DNA of 64,000 nt from Setoptus koraiensis (Eukaryota > Animalia > Arthropoda): NCBI GenBank assembly GCA_048013815.1, contig CM106585.1:1302001-1366000 (forward strand). Reading direction: 5' to 3'. Shown one piece after another: positions 45,180-57,400 of this stretch. The position numbers and the translations under genes were made by a program. Every line of letters starts with the position of its first letter. Position 1 is the first letter of the stretch. Below the pieces are notes generated by a model, which worked only from the letters and a program-made list of their open reading frames with translations, searched no databases and was not told where the DNA came from.

Positions 45180-47070
45180 CAGGAAAGGCCTGCTTCTTGA
45201 CTCAAGCTTCACAGCCATTATATCCAGCCATAACTAGGTTGCATCATAATTGTGCTTGTAATTTTCAAATAGAGATGGTGCCACAATCTGTTACTGGGGT
45301 GCAGAAAATAGGATTGTGTATTGTTTCAATAACAAGAAGAAGAAGCCATGCTGATTGACACAGCACGCAAAAACCTCATAATAGCAAAAATACGTTGGTG
45401 CCCATTCTTGATCTAGATGAGAACAGTTCAGAGAGAACAGAGAACAGTTTGGGCAGAGTTAGACAGGGGAGAAAGAGAGAGGGAGAGAGAGAGAGAGAGA
45501 GAGAGCTGACCTGGCTAAGCTCTCCTATGCAACTAACTTGTCAGCACTCTCGCAGTAGGCTCTCTTTTGTACTTGTATCTGCTTCTTGCATAACGCTCCG
45601 GTTGGCTGTTTGTCTCGCCGTAAGCCTCGGTTGAATGAAACGAACACAAATTGCAGCTTCAGTTCCTACGATTGCGCTTGTTGGGTACTAGCAGTTACGT
45701 AACGTTAATGTTAGTGTTAAATGCCAAAATGGTGCGTGAAGCCAGACAACACCACTACAAATATAAGTAGTTGTACGTGTTTCATTAGCAACTCAAACAT
45801 CTCAGGCCCATTGTTTGTTTTTCGGCAACAATCTCGCGGATGTTCGTCTTTTAACACAAGCACGATATGAAAACAAGGGCTCACACACTCTTTTTGCATA
45901 AATTCTCACCGAGTTGGCACCCAATCCATAATTAATTATATATTTGGAGTGTGCTGAGAGCCAGTCTTTCGACAGTTGCTCCTGGAATGGGAATCATCTA
46001 TTCAGAGTCCACTGTCTAGCACAGATTTGAGTTCTTCAAATTGGCCATTGGGGATAGAGAGAAAGAGAGCCATAGAGTTTGCAAGAGAGGTTGGGTGGGT
46101 CAGAAATAACGGCGCCAGTCACATAACGTGCATAGTGCCGACTGTAGTGCCTATGACAGCAGCGTAGTGGCGGTAAGCAAGTGGGTAGCATAGCGCAGTC
46201 TACGTAATCAGCAAATTATAACCGGGACATAAATGGCATAAATGGGAAGCAGCAGATGAATATATCTGTTCCGTCTCATGAGCACAAAACCTAAAATATT
46301 TACAAAACTACTCAACACACAGATACACTCAATATCACCTGCACTCATTTTGATTGGTTTGTAATTTTTATTACATTCTTGTCCCTTTTAATGAGCTACA
46401 TCGATACCTAATGTTGATATCTGATATTGCCAGACAAGCAAACAATGGACAGTGAGTAGGAGCTTTGAACGAGCAGCCGGTTGTCGATAAAACACAATCG
46501 GAGGCCTCATTGCGACCACCATCAACAATTAGCGAATCACTGGCAGTTGATGGCAGTTCGCAGCCACCGGATATAATGGAGCATCGCGACAAAACAAATA
46601 GTTATGCAATACAACAACAAAGTTTTTTGTTGTTGATGCAGCCCGGGTGCGCACAACACCAATACCACTAATAGGGAGCCTATGCGATCACGATTTGTTT
46701 ACCTTACCTTAACTCGATTTGATCTTGATTATGTATTGATTGAGCCTTTTATATGGAACATGTTCTCTCAATCCTTTCTGTCTCACTATTTCTTTACGTG
46801 TGACGCAAACAAGGATTAGTGTTATTGATAATTGATTGATTAATAATCAGCACTATTGTTGTTGATGTATTATGGGTTGTTGAGTGGTGGCTTGATATAT
46901 AAGAATTACAATAAACATTTGTTGTTGTGTTGGTGGTGCATGGTGCGCTGGTAATTGCATATGTACGAAAGTCATCATCAACAGTGTAGTATTTGTTTTT
47001 TATCCTCTACATAGGGGCCACAAGATGTGAAGGGACTCAGAGTGTATGCGCAAAGAAAGTGAGCCAAGAC

Positions 47071-47443
47071 CTATGGGCCCCATTGTAGGTAGGCAGCGGG
47101 CCCCCACTGGTACCCGAACTTGTACGGTTACTGGCTCGGTAGCATTGAACATGGCTAACCACAGTGCAACACTACCACTGCCAACTGTCTCGCACACAGC
47201 TGATGGGGTGATCTTTGGGGAGCGAGCGAGCAAAATAACAGCAGCCGCAGCCGTAGCAGCAGCAACAACAGCAACAACGAGCTGCAAATCGAGTTAGCCA
47301 CTCGACAATACACACAAGTTATGTCACACATAAACAGGCACATCGACGCAAACACACATTGCAAAGAAAAAGATAGAGCGAGAGGAAAAGGAAAGGCTTT
47401 TAGGCGCGCTTTATCCAGCACTTCAGCTGCAGCTTCATAGAGC
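47071..47443 (+). repeat. Non-coding block duplicated in inverted orientation at 52700-53163
   Basis: Shared cacacagctgatgg(gg)tgatctttggggagcga, gctgcaaatcgagtt.gccactcgacaa, agttatgtcacacataaac, ggcgcgctttatcca.cacttcagct. Confidence 0.85.
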
Positions 47444-48704
47444 GAGCTCGTGAGATGGGCGATTTTTTGTAAGCTATACCAGCAGGCTCGAGGCTCGAGC
47501 ACGCTGAACGGCGCGCGGCTGAAGGCGCAATGAGGCTTCGCTTCAGATCAAGTGATCGCTGGCAGTGGCAGCAGAGCTAGCATGTATTCTCTGTCTGGCT
47601 GTGGCTCGCTGCTGCTGAGCTGGAGCTGAGTATAGGCAATGGTTCTCGTGTTTGCTGTCTCGTGGTGCTCTCTTGCTCGCTCTCTCTCTCTCGCTCTCGC
47701 GCTCTCTCGCATTGTATTCGTCGCTATCAGCATCAATTTATCAAGCGATACGCACGTATATGCCACACATACGCACCATTGGCTCACACACACTAATGGC
47801 AACAATAATAATTAACAAATAAAATTCGACAGCAACCAGCTCAATTATCCGGATAGAAAATCATCATGAAAATAAAATATTGACCATGATTTTTGTGCAG
47901 CAAGAGAAGCTCACGATACACAAGCCAATGTTTGGGGCCGACCACTATTGCAGTCATTGGATAACGTTATATCAGGAGGACACAGTTTGAGATTTATATT
48001 AATAAATTAATATTAATTCCAATCGTTGTCACAGGAAGGGATTCGTTGCAAATTGACATCGTCCACACGTCGTCATTATCTCACATTATTATTATTATTA
48101 TCATTATTAGCATCATTATTAGTATCATTCGCTTTAATATTATTTATTGGTTGGTTACTATGTGGCTAGCAAATTGCAGCTTTGATTCTCTCTAGGTGAG
48201 TAGTTCAATATGACAATATCATAGCTCAAATTTTACACAATTACATAATTGTCGATCTAGTTAAGGACTTCAATCTAGTCGATATTAGATTAGTTGATTT
48301 AGATGCTGCTGGCAATCATGTTAATTGTGCTGTATATTGGCGACCAAGTTCACGTGTTTATAATTTATATAAATCAACGACCGAGAGTGATAATTGTGAG
48401 AGATGCAATTTTGAATCTGCTCATCTCATACACATTTTAAACTAACACAACAAATGTTATCTTATCCCGATTATCCCATGTTATATTCCGTTGTTATCCC
48501 GATTATTATGGGGCCCCATGTTTAATTTCAATTTAAAGCATCAGCAGACAGGGAACACAGGACATGGTAATCAATTTCCACTGTAAAACTCATTATACCG
48601 ATATTACTGAATATTAGTTATCAATATTAGTTATCCAATATTTAAATTGGACTAGTCATTGTTTATTATTATCGATTGACATTTATCATTAATTGAACAA
48701 CAAC

Positions 48705-51143
48705 ATGTACGGTTTGGTAAATCTGGCCATCGAATACGCCATTCTGGAGCGTTATGGCCAGGAAGTTTGGGAATTAATCAAGCGAGAGGCAAATCTCAGT
48801 GATATGGATGGAGAGTTTATTAAGCGAGTTATCTATGATGATGAAATAACCAATCAGTTGATAGAGGCTTCCGAGCGCGTCCTTAATGACCAGCCATACG
48901 GACAGGTGAGCCAAATGTTTGGTGAAAAATTTTATGTGCTTGTACTGCCTTTGTATGAGCGCGTTCTTAAATCGTTAGGTGGCAACCTGATGGAATTTCT
49001 AGACAATTTAGACACTTTACACGATCATTTACAAAGTCGCGATTATCGCAAATTGAGACCGCCCTCATTTAGATGCACAACAGAAATATCATCAGCCAGC
49101 AATGATCGAACATCCTCAGACAATCCAACAAATGGCACCGTATTGTATTTGCATTATTACAGTGAAAGAGTTGGCTTAGAGGGTATTGTTATGGGCATAG
49201 TAAAGGCGGCCGCTCGTGAATTACACAGATTGCGTATAGGTATTGAATTGAAACAAATCAAAACATTGAGTAAGCAAGCTCAAGATCCTCAATTGACCAC
49301 CGCTACTTCCGATATCAATGGAGCCAATAATAACAATAATTGTGTTGCAGATGCTAATACATTGACAGGCGCAATTTCTGACCAAACCAACAGCCAAAGC
49401 AACGAGCCAACATTCGATACGATTGCAACAAATGTGGATCATTCAATATTCAAAATTACTCTATTAGGTTTGTATGCACAAAATCAAGTTAATAACATTA
49501 ATGTAAACCAATTATTGATACCGGATGAGAGTTTTACTTATAAGGATTGTCCACAATTAAGCTGTAATTCGAATAGGATATCGCCGTTAGTATTTGCGCA
49601 AGCTCTGCCATTTCATTTAGTGTTTGATAGACAATTGACTGTTTTACAAGCGGGTACATCAATAATTCGTGTGCTACCCTCATTGAACAAACCTGGAACA
49701 AAACTAACTGACATAATGCGAATGATTAAGCCGGTAAATGTAGAAATGACATTCGACAATATACTCAAATATATAAACACTTTGTTTGTGATGCGACCCG
49801 ACGAGACACAAGTGATATCGTCGGGTGGTCATCGTCATTTGCAACAATTGTATTTGGATACACTGAAAGAGACCAGTGTTCAAGCAAGACCACAGTCCGG
49901 CGGAGATTTAATGCTAGACTCAACGCGAAGCTTCGCCACCGATAACAGTATGTCTGCAATAGTTGCTAACGATGGTGGTGAACTAAACACTGGCTCTCCA
50001 CAATTCACCTTGTCGTATCAATTGCCTGAGGAGGACCTCGATAAATACATTGTAAAACTAAAGGGACAAATGATCTACATGGACGATTGCGATCTTATAT
50101 TATTTATTTCTTCGCCAAGCGTTGCCAATTTGAATGAATTGAACGACACTGGCCTCTATCTCAGTGATATTCCATTACATGACGCAACAAGAGATTTAGT
50201 ATTGTTGTCTGAGCAATTTGATGCAGAATATAAATTAACGCAAAATCTCACCAATCTCACCGATCAATTGCACTCGATTTATGCCGAATTAAAAGATGAG
50301 AAAAAGAAAACAGACAGTCTGTTGTACAGTGTTTTACCACCTTCTGTTGCAAACGAACTAAGACACCATAGACAAGTGCCAGCTAAACGATTCACCACTG
50401 TCACAATATTGTTTAGTGGCATTGTTGGCTTCGGAGAATTCTGCGCCAATAACAGTGACTCGGACGGCGCTATCAGAATCGTAAATCTATTGAACAAAAT
50501 CTATACAACATTTGATGTGCTAACCGAGCCAACAACAAATCCAAATGTGTACAAAGTAGAGACAGTTGGTGATAAATATATGGCTGTTAGCGGTTTACCG
50601 GAACCCTGTGAATCGCATGCAAAATGTATCAATCGGCTGGCATTGGATTTAATGGATTTGTGCAAAACTATCAAATTGGAAGAATATACAGGCATTAAAG
50701 CTATTGAACGCGATTGCCTGGAGCCGCCCACGCAAATGAATCACTGTGAACATTTGCGAGTCACTATCGGAATACATTGCGGAGAGGTTGTTACTGGGGT
50801 GATTGGCAAACGGACGCCGCGTTATTGTTTATTCGGTAATACGGTCAATTTAACCAGTAGATGCGAAACAACTGGAGAAAAGGGCGCCATTAATGTTTCA
50901 CAGGACGTATATGAGATTTGTATGAAAGACAAGCACAACTACGATCCCGAATTCAAATTCAGATATAGAGGCGAGATATTAATGAAAGGCAGAACAGAGC
51001 CAATGCAAATGTGGTACTTGACTCGACGCGAATTGAACGACGACACGCCAATAGTTCCGTTTTGGCCAGGGAGAAACTCCATGGATTTATCCGAGGACGA
51101 AATAAGCGCACCTCCAACGCCACCAGAGGATACTTCTGTTTGA
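48705..51143 (+). CDS. GUCY1B1: Soluble guanylate cyclase beta-1 subunit, intronless
   Basis: H-NOX start MYGLVN; heme His in NLDTLHDHL; Y-S-R motif LHYYSER; HNOBA LKGQM...GLYLSDIPLHDATRDLVLL; beta-type VTILFSGIVGF; KVETVGDKYMAVSGLP; RYCLFGNTVNLTSR. Confidence 0.95.
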   Translation: MYGLVNLAIEYAILERYGQEVWELIKREANLSDMDGEFIKRVIYDDEITNQLIEASERVLNDQPYGQVSQMFGEKFYVLVLPLYERVLKSLGGNLMEFLDNLDTLHDHLQSRDYRKLRPPSFRCTTEISSASNDRTSSDNPTNGTVLYLHYYSERVGLEGIVMGIVKAAARELHRLRIGIELKQIKTLSKQAQDPQLTTATSDINGANNNNNCVADANTLTGAISDQTNSQSNEPTFDTIATNVDHSIFKITLLGLYAQNQVNNINVNQLLIPDESFTYKDCPQLSCNSNRISPLVFAQALPFHLVFDRQLTVLQAGTSIIRVLPSLNKPGTKLTDIMRMIKPVNVEMTFDNILKYINTLFVMRPDETQVISSGGHRHLQQLYLDTLKETSVQARPQSGGDLMLDSTRSFATDNSMSAIVANDGGELNTGSPQFTLSYQLPEEDLDKYIVKLKGQMIYMDDCDLILFISSPSVANLNELNDTGLYLSDIPLHDATRDLVLLSEQFDAEYKLTQNLTNLTDQLHSIYAELKDEKKKTDSLLYSVLPPSVANELRHHRQVPAKRFTTVTILFSGIVGFGEFCANNSDSDGAIRIVNLLNKIYTTFDVLTEPTTNPNVYKVETVGDKYMAVSGLPEPCESHAKCINRLALDLMDLCKTIKLEEYTGIKAIERDCLEPPTQMNHCEHLRVTIGIHCGEVVTGVIGKRTPRYCLFGNTVNLTSRCETTGEKGAINVSQDVYEICMKDKHNYDPEFKFRYRGEILMKGRTEPMQMWYLTRRELNDDTPIVPFWPGRNSMDLSEDEISAPPTPPEDTSV

Positions 51144-52699
51144 TGATGATGACCACGGCGCTGTTGATCTCAATCAAACTTGGATATTCTACCATGTACT
51201 ATCACTGTAAATGTACATGTGTGCGTTTGTATATATATATATATGTGTGAGCAAATAAATCGGTTCGAATGTGCCCCAATGTATGCGTTTATACAAAGAG
51301 AGCAGTAGCATTTTGTTGTTCGTCGCGATTGGCCAACATTGTGATTGTCGTCGGACAGATGGACGTTGTCTAGTATAATACTAGATTTGTGTTGGTGCGA
51401 GTATCTCGTTGTGTACGAGATTGATACTTCACCGATGATATAAATCTACTACTGCCTGCTGCTTACATAACTCTCTATCTTTGGCCCCTGTTTGTGTGCA
51501 TCGGTGACACATTGATTGCACTGGTCGCGTCGCCATGCTGTCTCCTCATCGTGATTACCATGTCGCCCCTACTATCATCACATATTGCTACTGATTTCTT
51601 TCCATTCAGTTCGCTCCGGTTGTTTCTAACAATAGCACAATATTGCTCATGTAACAAAAAGTTAGAAAGCTTGCATTCTGGGCACGAATATGTGAGGCCT
51701 CAACTACTTTCCTCACGAGGTAGATTCGAAACAGCGTGATTATTTCGATTGTTTGCCAACCGGTTCGATCTGATGTTGTGGACAGAGATGAATCGGAGAT
51801 ATGTTGAACCGGCCACTTATGACCATTCCGTCGTCCGGCAGCTGCAAGACGTCTAACTGCTATTGACATCTCTATTGACTTTCAATCGTCACGCTGTTGT
51901 TATACCGCTACTGTCGCATTTGGGTTTGGCCTTTTCTTGCTGTTTATGCATACTACTGCCCGGCATCCGAAATGTTCGTTAGACATTTTGTCCGTCCGTG
52001 ATGGGCCCGCACCTATTGCCATGATCGTGTATAATTGGGTAATTGGTTGTGGATTGCTCCATCGTGCGCTCATTATGTTGACAGTGTTGTGTGAGTAGCT
52101 TAATAGAAGAATGGCGACAGGCCTATTTGGTGTGTGTCAACTGGACATATCTGGGAACATTAAGTTTTTATTGTATGAGTCATCATTATTTGACATAGTA
52201 ACAACGGCGCCTGAATCCAATGCTCACCGGCCGGATGGACTTGAAACCGAGCGGTTTGTTCCCCTGGAAAGGCATTGAATGCTCATTAATCGCTGACCAT
52301 TGGTATCGTACACACATTAATGTGCACACATGTATACATATGCTCGATAAAACTCAACACACCGACAAACTCTCGCTGTTACATAATTGGTGCGCACCAA
52401 AAGATAACCAGAGGTTGGGGCCCACTCGATAAATGCGTTATAATATGCTGTGGGTGCGTGTGTCCGTGCGTGCTCGTCTCATTGGGGCCTGCCTCATTCA
52501 AGATTACGTCCACATGTTAGTACATTTCCTATTTAGATTTCATAATGGTAAGAATGGATGATCGGCCAATGAGTGTGTGTGTGTGTGTGTGCCTTCAAAA
52601 CGATCAGATGCACTAGAGAGGATAACCTCTGTTTCCATGCACAACCAATCATGTGTAGCATAGAGAGGAATGGTTGTGTTGTTGCTCACACTTATCTTT

Positions 52700-53163
52700 G
52701 CTCTATGGAGCTGAAGTGTTGGATAAAGCGCGCCCAAAAGCTTTTGCTTTCGCTTTCTCTCTCAGATGTGTATTTGAGTCGGTGTGTCCGTTTATGTGTG
52801 TGACATAACTGGTGTGTGTTGTCGAGTGGCGAACTCGATTTGCAGCTTGTTGTTGCTGTTGTTATTTTCGTCGGTCGCTCCCCAAAGATCACCATCAGCT
52901 GTGTGTGAAATTCGCAGTGTTGCGCTGTGGTTAACAGTGCTTACTACTACTGCTAGTCCCGTGCCAGTGAGTATACAAGTTTGGGTAACGACCAGCAGTG
53001 TGTGTGTGTGTGTGTGTGTGCGTGTGTTTGTGTGTGGAACGGGACAGAGAAGTAGAGCGAGAGAGATAAAGGATGTTCGAGTTTGATCGGCTGCGCGTTC
53101 ACTCATGCGCACAGAACATAAAGTTGGCGCGCACAGTAGTGGGGCACTCTCATAGGGCCCATA
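52700..53163 (-). repeat. Inverted partner of 47071-47443
   Basis: Reverse complement aligns across several blocks, with indels in microsatellite parts. Confidence 0.85.
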
Positions 53164-54001
53164 ATTCTTAGCTGAGCCAAATGACAAGGCTCATTGGGAC
53201 TAGCTCAGCTGGCGGACTTTCTTTGCGCACAACTCGAACATTTTCACATTCTGTGCTCCACAATACATGGGCCTGCCAATGATTCATGATGGTCGCCAAG
53301 CCATACAAGCACGCATTGCGTAAGCAGTGAGGACGAACGATAGTTGCTCTCGCGATCACTCTTATATAATACTGTGCCATGCTGTGCTGTGCGTGTGCGT
53401 GTGTGTGTGCAAGCGAAGAACACCCAATGGAAGCTTGGGGAGTTTTTGTGAGCTGTACCAGCATCAGCACACACACACACACACTCACAATAATGCCGCG
53501 AGGGGAAGGCACAAGGAGGCGAGCGTATGCAGTGCTTAGGCTATTTTTGCATGGCTTACAGCACGCATTCGCCATATACATATACGACGCATAGTGGGGG
53601 TAGTGAAGAGATAGACACATTGAGAGAATCAAGTTCATTGATTCGCTCCAAATCGAATGGTCGTCGTCGTGGTCGGCAGTGGAAGTTCTATTGGCGTATA
53701 TAGTACAGACGCATAGTACGCACACACACACACACGCAGTTGTGATAGTTTATGTCTCTGGTAGAGAATTGTAGAGTATAGTGTATACCACTCTGTTGTT
53801 GGCTGTTCGTCGCTCGCATTTTATTCGTCGCTATCAGCATCAATTTATTAAGCAACACACACGCACACATACATACGCACGCACAAGCAGACAGACGGAC
53901 TAGGCAGTGAGTAATCGCCAGCGAGCGTCTCGATTATAATGATGTAAATCATTGCTTCATCATCTATATCACACAATACACACACACTGGTGTTAGCAGC
54001 G

Positions 54002-54044
<43 letters not shown>

Positions 54045-54414
54045 CGAACATTTATTTATTTTTTCCATCGAACATTTCAACCATTCTATTTAGAAGAGAA
54101 TAAAATTGACGAAGAATATTCCAAAGAGACACAATTATCCAAAAAGAAGATACAAGATAGACAAGAAATAGCCAACATCCAGCTACAATAACAATATTTC
54201 GTTGATGATTTTTGCACACAGTCGCAATCGGAACAAAACAACACAACAACAAGAGTTACTATTAACCACAGCATGATGAAATCAAGACACAATTAGACAA
54301 TTAATAATATCACCAACAATAATAATACTAATTGGCGAGATATTCATTCGGGCAGTGTCATTGTTATTTGTGTCACACATAGAGAAAGAGTGAGACAGAA
54401 AGGATTCAGAGAAG

Positions 54415-57400
54415 ATGTTCCATATCAGGGGATACCTACATGATCAATCGTTATTATCAGTATCATCCACTTTAATACTATCAGTGCTCGCTATATTGTG
54501 GGTCACAAATTCTGTCGTTTATGGTAAGTATGGCACATGCAACCGTGATGCGGCAACAATAGTAATATCATCAACCACAATATAATACTAGCATGGTGGT
54601 GATCCCAGTGATCCGAGTAATCCGCTTCTTCGAATCGTTCGGCAACCAATCGAAGAATCGGTCACTGCACTGCTCACCACTAATCCCCCCACCCTGCCCT
54701 CTTTCTCTCTCGCTCTACTAATACCATCGTTCAACCACAATTTTTCTCTCAACACCGCTACCATCGCCTCATCCGCCTTACCGCCACTCGTACATACACT
54801 CACCAATCGAACCCATTAACTTCGCGCGCGAAACCACCAAATATCAATAATGTAAATATGATGCCAATAGGAATTAAACTACAGCCAGAGGGAAGAGAAA
54901 AATTCTATTGGAGTGGAGAACAATTTGTTATAACTTGTCAAAACAACAACAATATTAAAAATGGTAAGTACTACCTGCATGATATTAATGCGCGCACTCA
55001 ATTCATTTAGCTTCAGTCGTCGCCAACAAATGAAAATACCTTCTCAATCCATCTGAATGCACTAAATTACTTGCCAGTCAAGTTTGCCGGCACAGTTATA
55101 ATTTAATGCTAGACAGAATATTAGCTCAATGCTAGTATATAGCGACTTGTTTTTGGCTCAACTGGATTAAATGTGTAACTTCGAGGAAGCTTTCGCAAAT
55201 ACGTCTTTAATTTTTGATGGAAAGCTTCCACAAACAATTGGTTTGATTATGTATCAATTTTTTGAAATATTTTAAATATCAAAACAGTTATCACACAAAC
55301 AGCAACCAAGCACTTCTATTGTTTCATTCTATTCAAGAGCCATCAACAGCCATGCAGCTGTTAGCAAGTCAATCAAATCTCACATATGTTTAAATCTTCA
55401 GACACAGAATGAAGAGTGTTTAAATTGTTCCTCTCGTAGTCGTTTCCTCTATTGAGCATTCTTCAAAAGGCAACAAATTTTTCAATGATTATCAAATAGG
55501 TTAACTCTAAGCACCAAGTCACCAGAGAGTTTCCTTGTTAGTTTGTAGTGCGTGTGTGTGTGTGTGTGCTATAATTGTATCCGGTAATTTATTGCATCAC
55601 TACGAGTGAAAGAAGCGTTGACGCTCTACTCAACAAACTTGTAGACCGGATTCTTCTAGCTTCCAGTTCGTATGAGTTTTTGTTTATTTACATAACAAGT
55701 CACCTTTTCACGTCGTCGAATTCGTCAATAACAAAAACCAAAGAGATTTTTTGACCATCCTAGACACACAAGCGCACATTCCAACATCATGCAGACGATA
55801 CATAGACCAGATTGAATATCCAAAACCACAGGATTGTGCGTACGTATGAGTTTGGATCTTGTGTAGTATGTAAATAAATACATGCATACAACACAGCACA
55901 ACGAAACAAAAGCATGCAAAATGTCTTAGGTTCGTTTTATTTCATATCCTCGAACGAATATGACCGGTAGAAAAAATAGAGAAAGATGAGCCTGCGTCAC
56001 GAACGTTCTTGACACTATGCTACATGATAGCTTCTCTAGAACCGCAAGCATGACCTCTCTAATCAATGACGTCACTGCCACAAGAATGTGTCTAAACAGA
56101 TTCTGATAGATTAAACAATTGATCGATTTACTTCAAGTAATAATTATTATGATAATAATGATGATCTAGTCAATGAGGCTGAATGAATAAAAATCCAATC
56201 AAGGTGAGGTTAGATAAACAAATCGTGATCATCCGTCTTATTATACTAATTTTAGCAAGATAAGCATAAGTCGGCTAACATTCAATCAAGCCGCTTGATG
56301 AATTCCTCGCTCTCTCTCTCTCCCTCTCCCTCCACCTGAAACGCTCAAAGTTTGTGTGTGTTCGTTTCAAGTTTTCAAGTTGCAATAAGCTTCGTGCTAC
56401 CACTCGCTAATAGTTTAGTGTGTGTGAGAGTGTGCGTAAAAATTCAATCACTAAACCAAAGTTCAACAGATGCTATATAAGATGAACGGACTTCAATGAT
56501 CAACTACAGCAACAACAACAAATAGCAAATTGTTGTCGAGCAGGACACACGATTCGTTTAGCACATGCTTCAAGCGATAACATTTGTGTGTGTTCTCTCT
56601 TCCTTCTTGAATCTCTTATTTCAAAGCCAGGGAACATTTCGACCAGGCCTGAAGATACTTGATGCTCTCTTCCGTCCCGAAAGAACCTGACTTGATGAAA
56701 CAATTGATAGTATTGACATGGCGATAGTTCAGTGATCTAAACAGAAGTGGTTTCTTGCATTTGTTTATTCTGGCTAGATATTACACAACTCTGCCAATAC
56801 ACCTTTGCACATGTGAGCTTTGTGAAGTGAATGATAAGAGAAAGAATCAAGCTTAAATGATCTGTCTAAATACCACTAAATACAGCAACTCACACATGTT
56901 TGATATATTATCATCATATATATAAGTAGCCAAATGAATTCTTTTTGTTGTTTGTTTGCTCTTCTTCTCGATTGATTGAGATTATCTACTTTGAGGTCAC
57001 TCAGAGAATAACAACCATTTGATGTTAATATCATAGCTGTGCTAATGCCTCTATCATTGACTCTCGTGCTTTTTGCACTATCGGTATGCCCGTCTGAGTT
57101 AAATTACATTTCTACTCCTACTCACCATGGTCATGATATTTTATTACATTATTAGTTTAATCGTTGATGATGAACAGGCGCTGCTATGCGAATTTGCCAC
57201 AAAGGGATTGTATAAAGATGGCGTACAACAATTAATTCATTGATTATAACTAAAAGCTAATAAACGCCAGCCTATAGTGAGAGAAAGAACAAAAGCACAC
57301 AGTCTTGAATAGGGTAACCTCACACTATTTTCTAGACATGCATGCGTCTTCATCACGATAGAATATGTGTTTGTAAACAGATTTTCTATGTGGGACGAAC

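Noticed and set aside
47180-47220. miR-317-like sequence (acacagctgatgg..gatc), also at ~52880-52910
   Set aside because: Seed region differs from miR-317 as I recall it, and no convincing precursor hairpin surrounds it.
45180-48690. Short ORFs upstream of sGC and in 51150-58200
   Set aside because: Microsatellite-derived or antisense shadows; frames are not conserved between the duplicated blocks. Only the two small Ig-gene exons are supported.
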